A stretch of DNA of 64,000 nucleotides from Marsupella aquatica (GCA_973895155.1 OZ316894.1:25418709-25482708); one strand, 5' to 3'. Positions 1 to 17,439 are shown, counted from the stretch's first letter. Numbers and translations are program-made. Notes: generated from the sequence alone by a model not told the origin.

Positions 1-489
1 AGCTCGGCGCAGCAGTCTGAGCTCCATTAATTAACACACTGTCGTTCGCACCGAGGTCGAAGCAGTTTCTCAAGCTCTCGCAAAGAAATCTTAGCTCGAT
101 CTGTTGACGCTCTGTCTTGGTTTCGTTCGCTACTACATTAGGTTCAAGCATTTGGCTGAAACTGAGCAGAGAAATCTTTGCTTTAGAAGCACTGTGTCTG
201 TGCACGGGCTTTTCGAGCCTTCGTGATCTTGGAATTCAGTGATCTTTGAATTTGACTTACTGAATTTCTGCAATGATGGCTCCTGCAGTTCCCCTATATC
301 GAGCGATTCTGCCTGTGGACAGACGGCCAGAGTACACTTTTGTCAGGGAGAGCCCTCACTTGGCTCGGTAGACAAATTGAGAAGTGCGGAGATAAACAAT
401 AAGCAGTCAGTACGGCAAGCTTGGTTCATGCACTAAATTATTGACGGTCCCGAAGAAGTGTAGCAGAGGGTGCTGTGGAGCTTTTAATC

Positions 490-5178
<4,689 letters not shown>

Positions 5179-7374
5179 ATAATTACATTGGACAAAAACA
5201 AAACTTTTAAGGCTGCAAGGGTCCAAGTGCAGGTCATCTTCCCACCCAACCTGGTGTGGTGAAGGTAAGGCGAAGATGGTAGCCGAGGAAGGTTTATTTT
5301 TGGTCAAAACTGGCCGTCAGGAAGAATTCAGGTTCAATTTCTTTGTTAAATTTTTTATTGCCGTCTCTGCGCAGTACGGTAGATGGGCCTAGTATCAGTT
5401 GAGAGTTTGCCCATGATTTAAAGATTGAGAAGATTCTGCCGCTGAGTTCAAATAGCTGTTAGGTACCCACGAAACTGAGGCGACAAAATTTTCCGGCTGA
5501 CGTTTTACTAAATTGGAGTTCGAAGTGTTGATAAGAAAAATCAGCGACCTACTTTGCGTTTTGAAGGGAGAGTTGCTACACCGTAATTTGTACCGGGGTT
5601 TTTCTCCCTGCACCTATTCAATTTTAGAAGGCTTTGCCAATGAGAAATAATTCTGGACTTGTAAAACTCCCCGCCTTGTACCGCTTTCCGGAAGATATGA
5701 TGTGTTGCTTTTGTCTGATGATCAAGATGGCTGGCAGTGCCTTGGATTTCAGCTGAAAATTTTCATTAACCCTTCGCACCTCGGCCCGGAACGGTGAGGG
5801 CCTGAGTGGCACCAAAACAACGTCAGGTACGGTGAGGCCAGATGAGGTGCCTTAGTGGGATCGGCATCGTTTCTGGTCCACTCGCATAGACGCATCCTTT
5901 CCATGTATTCCCATTTTGGAGCAAGTCCTTTCCCCTAGCAGATTTGAGGCTCTTGCCATGTTGCACAACTCGCTGTCCTCCAACAACGTCCTCCATCCTC
6001 AACTTGGACGACGAATAAAGTTTCGCCCTAGAAATTGAAGCAAAAACTAGCTTCCACAGAGATGGTGATTATTGACCAAGATGCGCACAAACAAGCTGCT
6101 GATGGAGTCGCCCCGGTGCACGAAACGTCAACAATTGAACAAAGTTTCCTACTCGGAATATTGAGTGGAATCCAACAACGAGCCAAATCCAGATGTGTTT
6201 GGTACCAAATAGACTACGTGTAAGTGCCAACGAACCCATGCTTGGGCCGTGAATCGTTTATAAAATGCCATGCTGAAAAATGAATCAGACATGAATGAAT
6301 GAGTTTCTCCGAATATACAAAATTCGGCCACGTGTAATCTCTATGTGTGAAGACAACCCAGACTAGAAGTGGTGAATCCACCAAATTGGGCACGACAAAC
6401 TAGGGTCTGAAGAACAAAAAATATCGAAAGCTCTAATCTCAACTGGAAGTTTAATGAAATGATCAGTAAAACTGTAATCTGTTTCCTGTTTGGCTCTGTA
6501 CTCTTAACAAATGACTTGATGAAGGCCTAGATGACTGTATATCAAAACTTGGTTCTCCCTTTGATCCTGCTTACGAAGATGGCTAAACTTACTTCTACAT
6601 CTTGGCTCTCTACGAAAAGGTCAATAAAACAGAGACGGTACCTCGAGCACAACCTTCCCAGTTCAACGCTAAAACGAGCTACAGGTCAACCCCATCTGCT
6701 CGATCTGAGATTATTGTCTGCCAAGTCCGGTATACCAGAAACCCAAGCACAATGAACAATGACTACCTTGATAATGACTTCTGCACATTTCAATTTTCTA
6801 GACGCTTGTGGAACAAAACCTCCGCCACTCCATGTGGAAGAGTCCAAGGAAGTTTTCCTCCTCGAAGATGAAAAACTCTTCTGCAAGGTGATTGGCGAGT
6901 CGACTCCTTGATGAAACGTTCGTGCTTGCTCCTCCGAAAGCTGGCATCTCTTCCATCAACCGCAATATATCGCCGTCCGTCAAAATCGAGAAAGGGCACT
7001 TCACACATCTAGCGTGCCTGTGTGTCGACCATAGTGTCGTCAAATTAGGAGGTCTTGGCACCAGATACAGCTTTATGTTCTTCCAATAATGGGTTTCCAG
7101 AAGTAGGAAAGAAACGACCATTATTCATGGATGAAAGTTTGGAATGCACTCGTTGGATATGTCCAGATCTGCCATGTGCAAAAGCCAGACCGGTACAAAG
7201 GGTCCACACCTAATGGACTCTGTACGTCTATGAAAAGGTGATGACTGCTCTGCAATCAAATCTGCATATCAATGCCAACCAAACCGCAACACCGGGTCCC
7301 CCACGGGCTGCTCCCTGAACATCTTCCAGTAATTGTTGAAAAGCGACCGAATGATAATAGGTAAAGTTGCATCA

Positions 7375-8073
7375 TCACAACAGGTCAGCTACAACCAAGA
7401 ACCCTGCCAACACTAGCCATAAGAGGTGTACGAGGAAAAGAGACTGTCCTGCCCTAGTGCCGTCCTTTCCAGCACCTCCACTTCTCGAATCACAATAGCC
7501 TTTGTAAGCAACCTCAACCCCGGCACATTTTGCTTCAGCAGCACCGCACCAGTATGTGATTGCATCGTCACCACACACAGGATCTGCCCTAAAACATTTG
7601 ACGTTGCACGCAACTAACACGTGCTTCTCCTCGTCAGCATCCCCTTTCTGAGGTACTCCTGCAGTGCTGGAATCAGCAATAGCATCATTTTGGCACGGGC
7701 TTTCCGTTGTACTGCTTCCTCCTCCATCTCTCGGTGCGGAAAGATCACAAACCGGACCAGTACTGATCGGCAACTCCCACAGAGGAGAACTTCGGTCGTG
7801 TTCGTCCCGTCCGAGAGACTCTCCTACAATGCTACTTCTCACGGAACTCTCCTCGCCCTTACCAGGTTCAAGAGAATCTGTGATAGCCCAAAGGGAATTT
7901 CGCTCGTCGCTGCCACTCGGTTGGAGGCCATCTGCGGACGTGCAACAGAGCCACAACAACAACAACGCTACCCCTACCAGTACCAACGGCCTGCAGCAGT
8001 TCCGGAGCTGCTGCCAATCCATCCCTAAGAACAGCAACACGCTCTTCGGCTTCACCCGCTCGACCGACACCAT
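7375..8073 (-). CDS. Kazal-type serine protease inhibitor domain protein, predicted secreted with a C-terminal hydrophobic anchor; single coding exon
   Basis: 232-aa ORF with a signal-like segment (LVLVGVALLLLWLCCTSADG), an S/E-rich linker, a six-Cys Kazal pattern (ACNVKCFRADPVCGDDAITYWCGAAEAKCAGVEVAYKGYC) and a terminal hydrophobic helix (LFLVHLLWLVLAGFLVVADLL), as in plant Kazal inhibitors. The true start may be the second Met (MDWQQ). Confidence 0.88.
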   Translation of the reverse strand: MVSVERVKPKSVLLFLGMDWQQLRNCCRPLVLVGVALLLLWLCCTSADGLQPSGSDERNSLWAITDSLEPGKGEESSVRSSIVGESLGRDEHDRSSPLWELPISTGPVCDLSAPRDGGGSSTTESPCQNDAIADSSTAGVPQKGDADEEKHVLVACNVKCFRADPVCGDDAITYWCGAAEAKCAGVEVAYKGYCDSRSGGAGKDGTRAGQSLFLVHLLWLVLAGFLVVADLL

Positions 8074-8571
8074 CGTCTTAGTGCATCCTCTTCCTCATAT
8101 GCCTACCATTCCATCTCGGTCCTCATCCAATCCACCTGAATCCAATCCGACCAAAAAAAAAGTCACTCGATCCCCTAAATCTCACCTCCCTCGATCAGCT
8201 TGCCCACAACCAAATCCAAATCTCTGGGTCTCCGAACATACATTTCTCCTTCTCCGCTCCTCTCGTCTCTTCAGACTCTAATTCTCCCGTTGGGCTACCA
8301 TCGGAGCCCTGCTTCGGCAACCGCTACTGAAAGGAAGTCCGACGGAGGAGAGGAAAGGATTTCCTGTCTCCGCGTCCGAAAGCGTGGATCATCGAAGCTC
8401 GATACGGAACGGATTCCACGGGATTCGAGGGACTGCTGTGACAGATCACTGCCTGACGAGCAGACGAGGAAGAGTGATTCGGAGGGATTCATTAGCTGTG
8501 GGGTGGAACGGCGGAAGGAACGAGTAGTGCGATGTTGACTTGACTTGGCTTGGACTTACAGTCGCATCTCT

Positions 8572-8915
8572 ATAAGTGCACACTCCCCAAAGAAGCGGGT
8601 CTCGATAACTGCACATCAAAATATGACATATACGGTGCCTCTCCATAAGTGCACACTGCCCAAAGAAGCGGGTCTCGGTAACTGCACATCAAATATGACA
8701 TATACGGTGCCTCTTTATAAGTGCACACTCCAAAGAATCAGGTCTCCATAATTGCACATCAAAATATGATATTTACGGTGACTCTCTACAAGTGCACACC
8801 TCCAAGATAGGGTCTTGGTAACTGTATATCAAAATATGACATATAGAACTCTATAAGTGCACACTCCAAAGAATCGGGTCTCGATAACTCCATATCAAAA
8901 TAGGACATATAGAAC
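8572..8915. repeat. Tandem repeat, about 72-bp unit, 5 degenerate copies
   Basis: Unit ATAAGTGCACACTCC(CC)AAAGAAGCGGGTCTCGATAACTGCACATCAAAATATGACATATACGGTGCCTCT starts at 8572, 8645, 8717, 8788 and 8853. Confidence 0.95.
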
Positions 8916-9147
8916 ATAAGACATCCTTTCATACCATGATAAAAGTTGTTAGTTTTCTTTAAATCAATGGATGCACAAAGTATATTACTACATTTTGATG
9001 TGTGATTGCTAGCAGGACAAAAGAAGTCAAGGCAACATACTTTTTAGGTGTAAGATTTTTCCTCCTCCCCAAAAAGTGCTTGCTAACCAGCTTATTTTTT
9101 AGGTGCAAATTTTTGCCAAGTTCTACCTCCCCCAAAAGTGTTTGCGA

Positions 9148-9225
9148 GCCAACTGGCTTTGGTCAGTTGGCGGGGAATGAGCCTACAACCGAGAAGTCCC
9201 AGGTTCAATCCCTCTCCACATGCAG
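9148..9225 (+). mobile_element. tRNA-derived SINE-like head with Pol III A and B boxes
   Basis: A-box-like TGGTCAGTTGG (9160-9170) and B-box GGTTCAATCCC (9202-9212) at tRNA-like spacing, but no complete cloverleaf. The body may extend to about 9660. Confidence 0.5.
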
Positions 9226-9739
9226 GGGATGTGGAGGGTATGTGTGTATGTGTGGACGGGGTATAGTGGTGGGAGTCTTGGTTTCTCCTTAGCCCCTGGT
9301 TGGTTGGGTTTGGGGCCCTAGTTTAACCCTCTCTCCCTCCTGGTCTGGGTCCTTGTGAGATCTGGATATTGTCCCCTTTTGGCTACCCCTACATAAAGTT
9401 GCATGCTCCCAGAGCAGAAAGTCTATCCTCTATTGGATGGGTCGGCCTTCAGTTGTGGTGTCCAAAGTTTTGGGGTCCTGGATTTCCAGATTTGTGCCTA
9501 AAGTTGTGGGAAAGTACAGGTTAATTGTTGAGCCCGAGGGCTTTCCTTATTGTAGCTGAAGATCAACTCCCATAATTCCTACGAGAGTTCCCCTAATACT
9601 GGAGTTATGGGAGGGCCTTAACTTGTTAAAGCCAGGCTCGAGACGCCCTAATTTGTAAAATGTTTTTGAAGTTTATCCTTAACTACTTTGTCACTAAACA
9701 TGTTCCAATTGACATTATTTACCATAGTTTTTTTTATCC

Positions 9740-9824
9740 ACAAATATGCCAAGGTTTTGTATATGGATGACAAGTTCACCATGTTATCCACTGTAACCAT
9801 ATACAAAAACTGGGGCATATTTGT
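9740..9824. repeat. Inverted repeat / hairpin with about 33-bp arms and a 19-nt loop
   Basis: ACAAATATGCCAAGGTTTTGTATATGGATGACA pairs with TGTAACCATATACAAAAACTGGGGCATATTTGT with a few mismatches. Confidence 0.8.
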
Positions 9825-11948
9825 AAATACAATAAAATAGTGGCACTGGAGCTAAAAGTACAAACTGGGTCATATTAGGCAAACCTCAGCACAATTTGTT
9901 GTTCTTCCATCTCTCTAAATGGAAAGGTTTCCTTTTTACAAAAGAAATTCCCTTTTCACTTCCATTTTTAAGTTTGTTGTGATGCTTGCCCCTCCAAAGA
10001 AATACTTTTCCTTCCATTTGGAGAGCAAATTAGAAAGTCTCAAATCCAGCCAGTTACCCATGGTTGTACCTAACCATGAGTCTCCCCTATCCAATAACTG
10101 CACGGTAAATAGATTAAGCATTTCCTCATATGTGTTGTCAGGTCACACACATCGAATACCCCAAGCCTTGCACTACTCAATTGTACATAGCTCGGGTTGT
10201 ACATTGCTATCACAGAGCTGACTATCTCATAACTCAACATCAACTCTACACAATCAGTTTGCACTTAAACACTAGGGTTACACATAGGATTTTGTGGTCT
10301 TACTCATATCAAAATGTGACACTATTATAGTAGTTACTAAGAATAGCACTCAGTGATTTGAACAATATAATGGAGTTTATCACGGCAAGGATTGACATCA
10401 TGTACCTTACACTGTCAAATTCTGATGTACAATGACATGACGCTAATTGTATACACTGAGGGTGCCATAGTGGACCCCTCTTTACACTTATAGAAACTGC
10501 AAAAAAGTGCAAAAGGCTCGGAGAAATAAAACGGTAATAATGGGAATCATTGCAATTATCCAGGCTTTGCACACAGGAGGGCACACAGGAGGAGCCACTG
10601 TACACCTTTCGACGGTGCACTTTTAATGCGAGTGGCAGTGTTTATTCGCCAAATTACACCATTTTTCCCCAGTTTTGGCGAAAATTCGCTACTATTTGTT
10701 GTTTATTCGCCAAATTACACCCCTCCAAAAATGTTCCAAAAATGTTTCCCCAGTTTTGGCTAAAATTGGCTACTATTTGTCTGTCTCATCAGCCACTGTT
10801 CCACCTAACCTCCCCCATTAGACAAAATCTAACGGTCAGCCTTAAATCTAGGGGAATCTGACGGTCAGGAAAATAGCTAAATAGGGAATCTTTTGAGCAT
10901 CTTCTCCTGCGAAAAAGTAAAATATTAAATTAATACGTTGGCGGGTGTACTGCAGTGCGGAGGAAGTTGCCTCCCCAGGGAACTGATGGTCGAGTGGGTC
11001 CGATACCACGATGACTGACGAGGAGAAGGGATAGTTCTCTGTCATCCACCAAGAAGACGAAGGCATCGAACAGACAGAGCGCAATTTCACCGATCGCCGA
11101 TAGGAGCTCGACATCACCACCAACTGATCAGGCAAGCAGCCAAAATTACAGCCCTCAGAGAGCACGAGACGCCACTGAAATCGAAATCGGAAATCGAAAG
11201 CGAAAGCGAAAGCTGTGCCTACGGCATCAGCCATCCACCAATTCGATCCGTCCGACGTCCTTTGATCGTTTCGGACTTTCGGTAGGTAGCTCACGAGGTA
11301 CACAAGAAGAAGAACCTCATTACTCCTTCTGACAAAGAACGGCTGAGCCGAGCAGCAGAACATTCCCACAAAGAAAAGAGAATAGTTAGAACATTCTCCC
11401 TCTTTACGGCACTGTAGAGGCTTTCACGGCGCCGAGCCCTTCCTCCGGAAAAGTTCCGCGAAGTGTGTATATTGAGGGCAGGTCCCCCGTTTCCTCTCTG
11501 CTGGTGTAAGGGTTTGCTCTGGAACGATCGGTCTTGACCCTAAAGTGCGCTTCACTTTCTAAGCGGCGAAGAGAGAGGTATTGTAATCAAAATCATGTTC
11601 TGAGACTTTCATATCTACAGTGAGGGACGACGGAAAGCTGGTAGGAACTACTACTTTAATGAAATGGCTTGCGAGTTTGTCTACCTTGAATTGGTGTGGA
11701 CCCGGCGCTGAGTTTTTAAATTCGTAATATTCGTCTACATCGAAAAAGGTTGCATTTCACTGCTGCAGTTTGGTCTTTTCGTTCGTTGTGATAGGCGGTT
11801 GTGGTTCTCTGTTAGTAACGGGTCCTGCTTCTTAAAGCTTGCTTCTCATTAGAATTTCGTTGTTCCGTGGGTCGATTGAGGTTTTGTTTGTTTGTATTGA
11901 TTCATTGGATTCATTGGATCGCTAGGGATAGATAGAAAGCCAACAAGA

Positions 11949-14900
11949 ATGGCAGCTATGAGTACCACTCTCCTGCGGCACAACGGCGGCGGTGCGATGG
12001 CCAGTATCGGGTTGCCTTTCGACTGCCGATACGATCCCTCTGGAGCGTCGTCGGGGTCACACAGACCGTTCTCTCGCGCATCAGACGGGGAGTCGTTCTT
12101 CTCCGGTGGACAGGGCGCGAAGGTCAACTGGAGTCTCCCGTGCGATTCTCCCCCCTTCATCCTCCGATTTCCTCCCAACTTCGTGAGGCAATTGAGCATT
12201 AAGGCGCGCCGCAACTGCGCCAACATCGGTGTCGCGCAGGTCGTAGCGGCCTCTGTGACAGATCTCTCGACCAGTTTCTCCGAGAACGTGATAGCGCCAG
12301 CTATTTCGGTCTCGGAGAGCTCTCGCTTTGACTCAGTTGAGAGCTCGACTGCCAATCAGTCGACGACCTCGTTCTCGGAGAAAAGGCTAAACGGTGCAGC
12401 GCTTGCCAACTCCGCGGAGATGTCTAGATCTTGTAGTACAAATTCAGTTCATGGAGGTGCGCCTTCTACCCTACGGCATTATTCAGTGTCAGTTATATGA
12501 ATCTCATAGCCTTCTCAATGAAGAGATAGAACTTCTCTGAAATGGAAAGAATGCCGATTGATCAGCTCGAAGACACACTATCAGAGACATTCTATTTGCA
12601 CAGGATACATATTTCAATGTGATCGCTCTATTTTGCTATATACCAGGGTCATAAACTCATTTTGCTTTAGCCCGTCATCTGATTTGATTTGTTCGAAACA
12701 ATCGAGGTTACCAAGGTCTGGTAATTCTACTATTTAATCTGTTACTCATCGATCACTCTCTCTTCTACTTGGCAGGCGAAAGATTAGGACGCCCGAAGCT
12801 TACCGATTCGTTGACAACACCAATTGTTCAGACCTCCACTTATTTTTTTAGAGACACGGCAGAGTTGATCGCCTTTCAGGTGGACCCTTGACTCTATGTC
12901 TTGAAAGAAAACAAAGACTTACTAGTCTTTGGTTTACATTCTCGCCGTGGAATCTGTAAATAGCTCGAGAAGGGAAATTTTCTGGATTAATATGTAGGTG
13001 AGAATCTAAGATGGCCACACTTACTGTCGAGCCAGACTTCCTGTCGAGGAATATTGGATTAGAAACGGGTTCGGGGATAATTTGTTCATGCATTGGAGCT
13101 TTGAGAGAATTTCTAAGCAAGAAGTTGCACTTGGAGCAACCGGGGTTGTTCGCTTATGACCGTTAACTGTCGGAAGAGTTACAAGTCTGGGATTTAATTC
13201 ACTTCAACTGACCGGTCTTCTGTTGCGTTCTCAAGGACGGAACCCATAAAAGTTTCGAGTATGGACGATATGGAAATCCGACCACATTTGCTGCGGAAGA
13301 GAAGATCAGGTCTGTAGCCACGCTAGTTTCAAGGATTACTAGTACATGACCGATGTGGTCTTGATTGACCTCCAAACGTTCATTTTGATGACGTTCTGTG
13401 TTCTAGCTTCTTTGTCACCAATCGAACAATTCAGGGGTCTAAATTACATTATGCAGTGGACTGGAAGGGGCAGAGACTACTCTACTGTCAGCATCGGGAA
13501 TGTGCGCGACTACGACCATGCTATTGGCGTTGGTTCCTGCAGGAGGCCACATTATCACAACAACTGATTGTTACAGACGCACACGACAATTTATTCAGAC
13601 AGTCCTTCCCAAAATGGGAATTACGGTACGTACTATTAGACTAGTAAGAAGATCAGCTTAACTAAGAAAGATGGTGCTCTTTGAACATAAGTTGCTGTTG
13701 CAGTTTGAAAGTTGAACTTTGTGAAAAGGTAATGTATTCAATTTAGCCGCGGTTATTTGCCTTCATGGAATATTTGGCATGCTTTATCTGGACTGCTCCT
13801 CAATTGGTGGAGGACTCCCCGCAGTTTCAATGCTATTTTCTGGGCAGATTCATCATGTCCTGCGCTGATTTCTATCTTTTGGTATACAGACTACTGTCCT
13901 TGATCCTTCAGATGTCAGCTCCCTTGAGAGGACCTTAGATCAGCACCGTGTAAGTGACGTAACTCCTTTGTTGCGGGGTATTCTTGCTTGTACTTCGGAC
14001 GTAAATAATGAGTTTTTGTCATCCTCGTTAAAAGATTGTGGAGCTGGTTTTTCAAACGTGGAGGGTGCTATGTGCATTATTTTTTGACCATGGAGTTGAT
14101 TGGCGTCTTTGTCCTCAGGTATCATTATTTTTTTCAGAATCTCCAACAAACCCTTATTTGCGGTGTATAGATATTGAGCTCGTATCTCAATTATGCCACA
14201 GCAAAGGTTGCCTCGTTGTTATCGATGGGACATTTGCAACACCTGTCAATCAACAGGCCTTGGCCCTTGGTGCAGATATTGTACTGCACTCATGCACAAA
14301 GTATATGGCCGGTCACAATGATGTAAGTAATTGGTTGAAGTACCTTATTGAATGGGTTTGCACTGGCACATCCAGATGACGAATGCTATCAAGGAGCCTC
14401 GTAAGCTTGATCGTAAACAATCGATGATCTAAAGTTGGAGACGAGTTTTAATCGCTATAGTTTGGACAGATGTCTAAAAGCATAGTTTGGACAGATGTCT
14501 AAAAGCAATCTTTTTTAAGCTAAAATCGTTTTTACACTGAGGGATTTTGAATATATTTCACGCTCTCAGAGAGGAAAAAACAAATCATGGTTCATCATTG
14601 ACGTTACTATCGTCTTGTAATGATTTGGTGAACAGGTTTTGGCTGGCAGTGTGAGTGGCTCACTGGATTGTATTGCTCCAATTCGAGCCCTTCACAATGT
14701 TTTGGGTGGCGTCTTAGATCCTGTGAGTCTGAGGTCTAATGTGTTCTGAAATTTTTCATGTTTTAAAAAATTGTTGAGACATGCTATGAGCAAAGTCCAA
14801 GATCCTAATTCGCAAGTCACTGCAAATAGGAATTACTTCAGTTGGTTCCAATTGTTTGACGACATGAAAATCTGACCCTTCTTGGAAGCAGAATTCGGCC

Positions 14901-15946
14901 TATCTGATATTGCGAGGCATGAAGACCCTTGAATTACGTGTACGACAACAGAATAGCACAGCTCTGAAACTGGCCCGGGAATTAGAAGCCAGTCCTAAGG
15001 TAATGGTTCATTTTCATTGTGCCTAATCAGTGTCTTCATTCTTGTCTCTTTACAAGACCCCAATGGAGTGAGAGGTAGCAGGAGCTATTATTTACTGAAT
15101 GATATACTTCGAGGGGCTTGGATTTGCCTCGTTCACCGTGAAGGACTTGGACTGAGTTGTGCTATTCCAACCTTGGATTTTGCAGGTCCTCCGTGTACAT
15201 TACCCTGGTTTGGAGAGTCATTCAGAGCATCACATCGCCAAGCGTCAAATGAGTGGCTTCGGTGGTGTCGTCAGTTTTGAGGTATGTATGGTTGCTTTTC
15301 GTCAAAGACTGGTTTATGTTAACCAAAGCCACGTAGGCTGAACGCTGTCATGACTTTCGAGCTTGGTCGTAGTTGGGAATTTTGGGACTCCAAAAGAATT
15401 CGTTTAGTCTTATGCTAAATGTGCAGAACCTACTACATCATTGTATGCATTGTGTTAGAATTGGCGGTGTGCTTTTTACTGAATCAGTTATTTTCCAGAT
15501 TGATGGAGACTTGGAGGCTACCTCCGAATTTATTGATAGGCTGAGGATCCCATACATTGCACCGTCCCTCGGTGGTGTTGAGAGTTTGATTGAACAGCCT
15601 ACTATTATATCCTACTGGTGAATATTATGACCTGTGGTGGATTGTTTAACTGACATTCTTTTGGCATGTTGTTTGTTTACAGTTTATTATTGCATTTATT
15701 GGGACGATGCGCTCATCATCATTGTAGCTTTTGAATATTGTTGAACCTGGAGGAGTGGTTTGTGTATATTTCTTTTTTTGAACTTGATATCCCGGCTGGT
15801 GGTGTCGTTTCCTTCGAAACAGGGATCAAAGTCCAGCTCAAAGGGCAAAGCTGGGCATCAAGGACAACCTCGTGCGATTCAGCTGTGGCATTGAAGACTA
15901 TGAGGACTTGTATGATGATGTGATGCAATCCTTGGCTGCTGTCTAG
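11949..15946 (+). CDS. CGS1: Plastid-targeted cystathionine gamma-synthase, about 11 exons
   Basis: Exon 1 contains [31 protein letters not shown]. Later exons give [69 protein letters not shown], the PLP-Lys motif [49 protein letters not shown] and [10 protein letters not shown], then TAG at 15944-15946. Confidence 0.96.
12207..12260 (+). promoter_or_regulatory. MTO1 region: coding-sequence element for an S-adenosylmethionine-responsive nascent arrest peptide
   Basis: Encodes [18 protein letters not shown]. The Arabidopsis CGS1 MTO1 peptide (RRNCSNIGVAQIVAA) mediates AdoMet-induced ribosome stalling and mRNA decay. Confidence 0.8.
14457..14506. repeat. 25-bp direct duplication in a CGS intron
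   Basis: ATAGTTTGGACAGATGTCTAAAAGC occurs twice in tandem. Confidence 0.9.
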
Positions 15947-17439
15947 AGATGGCACCCTGTGTTGTTCCCGCAAAATGTACCTCTTTGGCAGGTAAGGGAT
16001 TAGCACCTCCTGTGCTATTTGGGTATTGGCCTCCTTTGTTCTGACAATGAGACAGTTTTGAGTTCGTTGTTCGCTCTAAGAACATAATTCTAAGTTTTAA
16101 GAAAATGTTCTCGTTCTGTGATCCTAAACTCAAAAAGTTTTCTTCAGATTGGACAAGTGTGGACCACATCCAGTGCTGAAATCTTTTGAACCTGTTCCTT
16201 GTTTTCCAATTAGAATCCTTCCTGTTTTCAGTGCAACATCTTTCGAGTGCAATTTATGTTTTCACAATTTATTTGAAAGTCTTCATCCCTCTGAGTACAA
16301 CTTCTAGGCGGTAGTTTTGACAACAATATTTCGACTAGATACATCGTGCACTTTTCAACGAGACTACCTCAATGCAACAGATAGTGGATCCTTACATAAA
16401 ACGATGGAAGGTTACCGGAAAATACCAACAAAGAAAAATCAGGAGAGAGGACACAGGAGACCATAGACGGCCAGAGGACAATTGAGTCATGTCTTTGAGA
16501 CCTTACTTGGAAGCAGTGTCGACAGTCTTATTCCAGTCGAATCTTCTGTCTTCCGAACTTGGAGGTCTGTCGTCCATTTGAACACATTTGATTTAGATGA
16601 TGGCTGTCCTGTAGCCGAAATCTTTCTCTCGACGAGATCCCCATCTAGCTGTGCACTTATCGTGGCTCAAGATTTGGAAGGCCTTGTCGCAACTCACGAT
16701 CCAACTTTATGACGGGTTCAGCTCAAAAAGCATCCAGCCAGAGGAAATTGTTCACTCTATCAATCCACCCTTTCGTTAAGTGTCCCAAGTCCACTTCAGA
16801 CTTCAAGTCTAAAACAGGGCAAGTAACAATCTAAAATCTGCTTTATTATTATCGAGCCCTCTACTGTTGTGCGAAATCGTTGGTCTACATAACTTACATT
16901 CTTAAACAATGTATGATTTTCTCACTCCATTTTAGAGGACTCAAAGCGCCACACCCTAAGTCCTGCCTATGGGTAAAATCAAAGAAGAAAGGATCCGACT
17001 TGAGTCGAACAACATCTGGATACAAATCAGTCGCAGTGAGGATTCATTCACAATCTTCAAATAATGGTTCTCTGAGACCCGCCGAGCTTGTGTTTCCTCG
17101 TCCACCAGAGTGTCCAACGTCTAGTTTGTTCAACTCTCACAATGTCCCAGTTAGTTGGACTCGTCACATATTTCAGCTACATCTTGTTAACTTGAAAGCT
17201 GTAAAACTTTGGTCCATTAAATTTCAGACAAGAAATCTTTAGAATCTGAACTTGCTGTCAGGAACCTTCGATAACCATATAGTTTGACCAAATTTGATAC
17301 AACGCCAATAGACGACATGTTACGTCACTTTAATACGTCCTGTTATTCCAAAATCTAGTGTAGATGCCAATTAACAACACAACCTCAGACTCGATGGTGC
17401 TTGGTCGAGGCAAGACAAAATCTAAACTTACTTGCAAAC

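Larger units (their letters stand above)
8559..10600. mobile_element. Putative non-autonomous Tc1/mariner(pogo)-like DNA transposon remnant, TA-flanked, about 2 kb
   Basis: Left end TA|CAGTCGCATCTCTATAAGTGCAC, right end GCACACAGGAGGAGCCACTG|TA (degenerate inverted termini). Both ends resemble those of the 50506-51126 element, including the right-end motif order AAACTGCAAAAA..TTGCAATTA..TTTGCAC. No transposase ORF seen. Confidence 0.5.

Noticed and set aside
7621-8281. Plus-strand ORFs of 135 and 205 aa
   Set aside because: Antisense shadows of the Kazal CDS and its 5' UTR, with no recognisable domain.
8572-8915. 72-bp array as a CRISPR-like array
   Set aside because: Units are contiguous degenerate copies with no unique spacers, there are no cas genes, and the context is eukaryotic.
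10848-11369. 173-aa minus-strand ORF
   Set aside because: Partly low-complexity (from a GAAATC/GAAAGC repeat), no motif, and lies in the probable CGS promoter or 5' UTR.
11849-12355. 168-aa minus-strand ORF
   Set aside because: Antisense to the GC-rich CGS exon 1.
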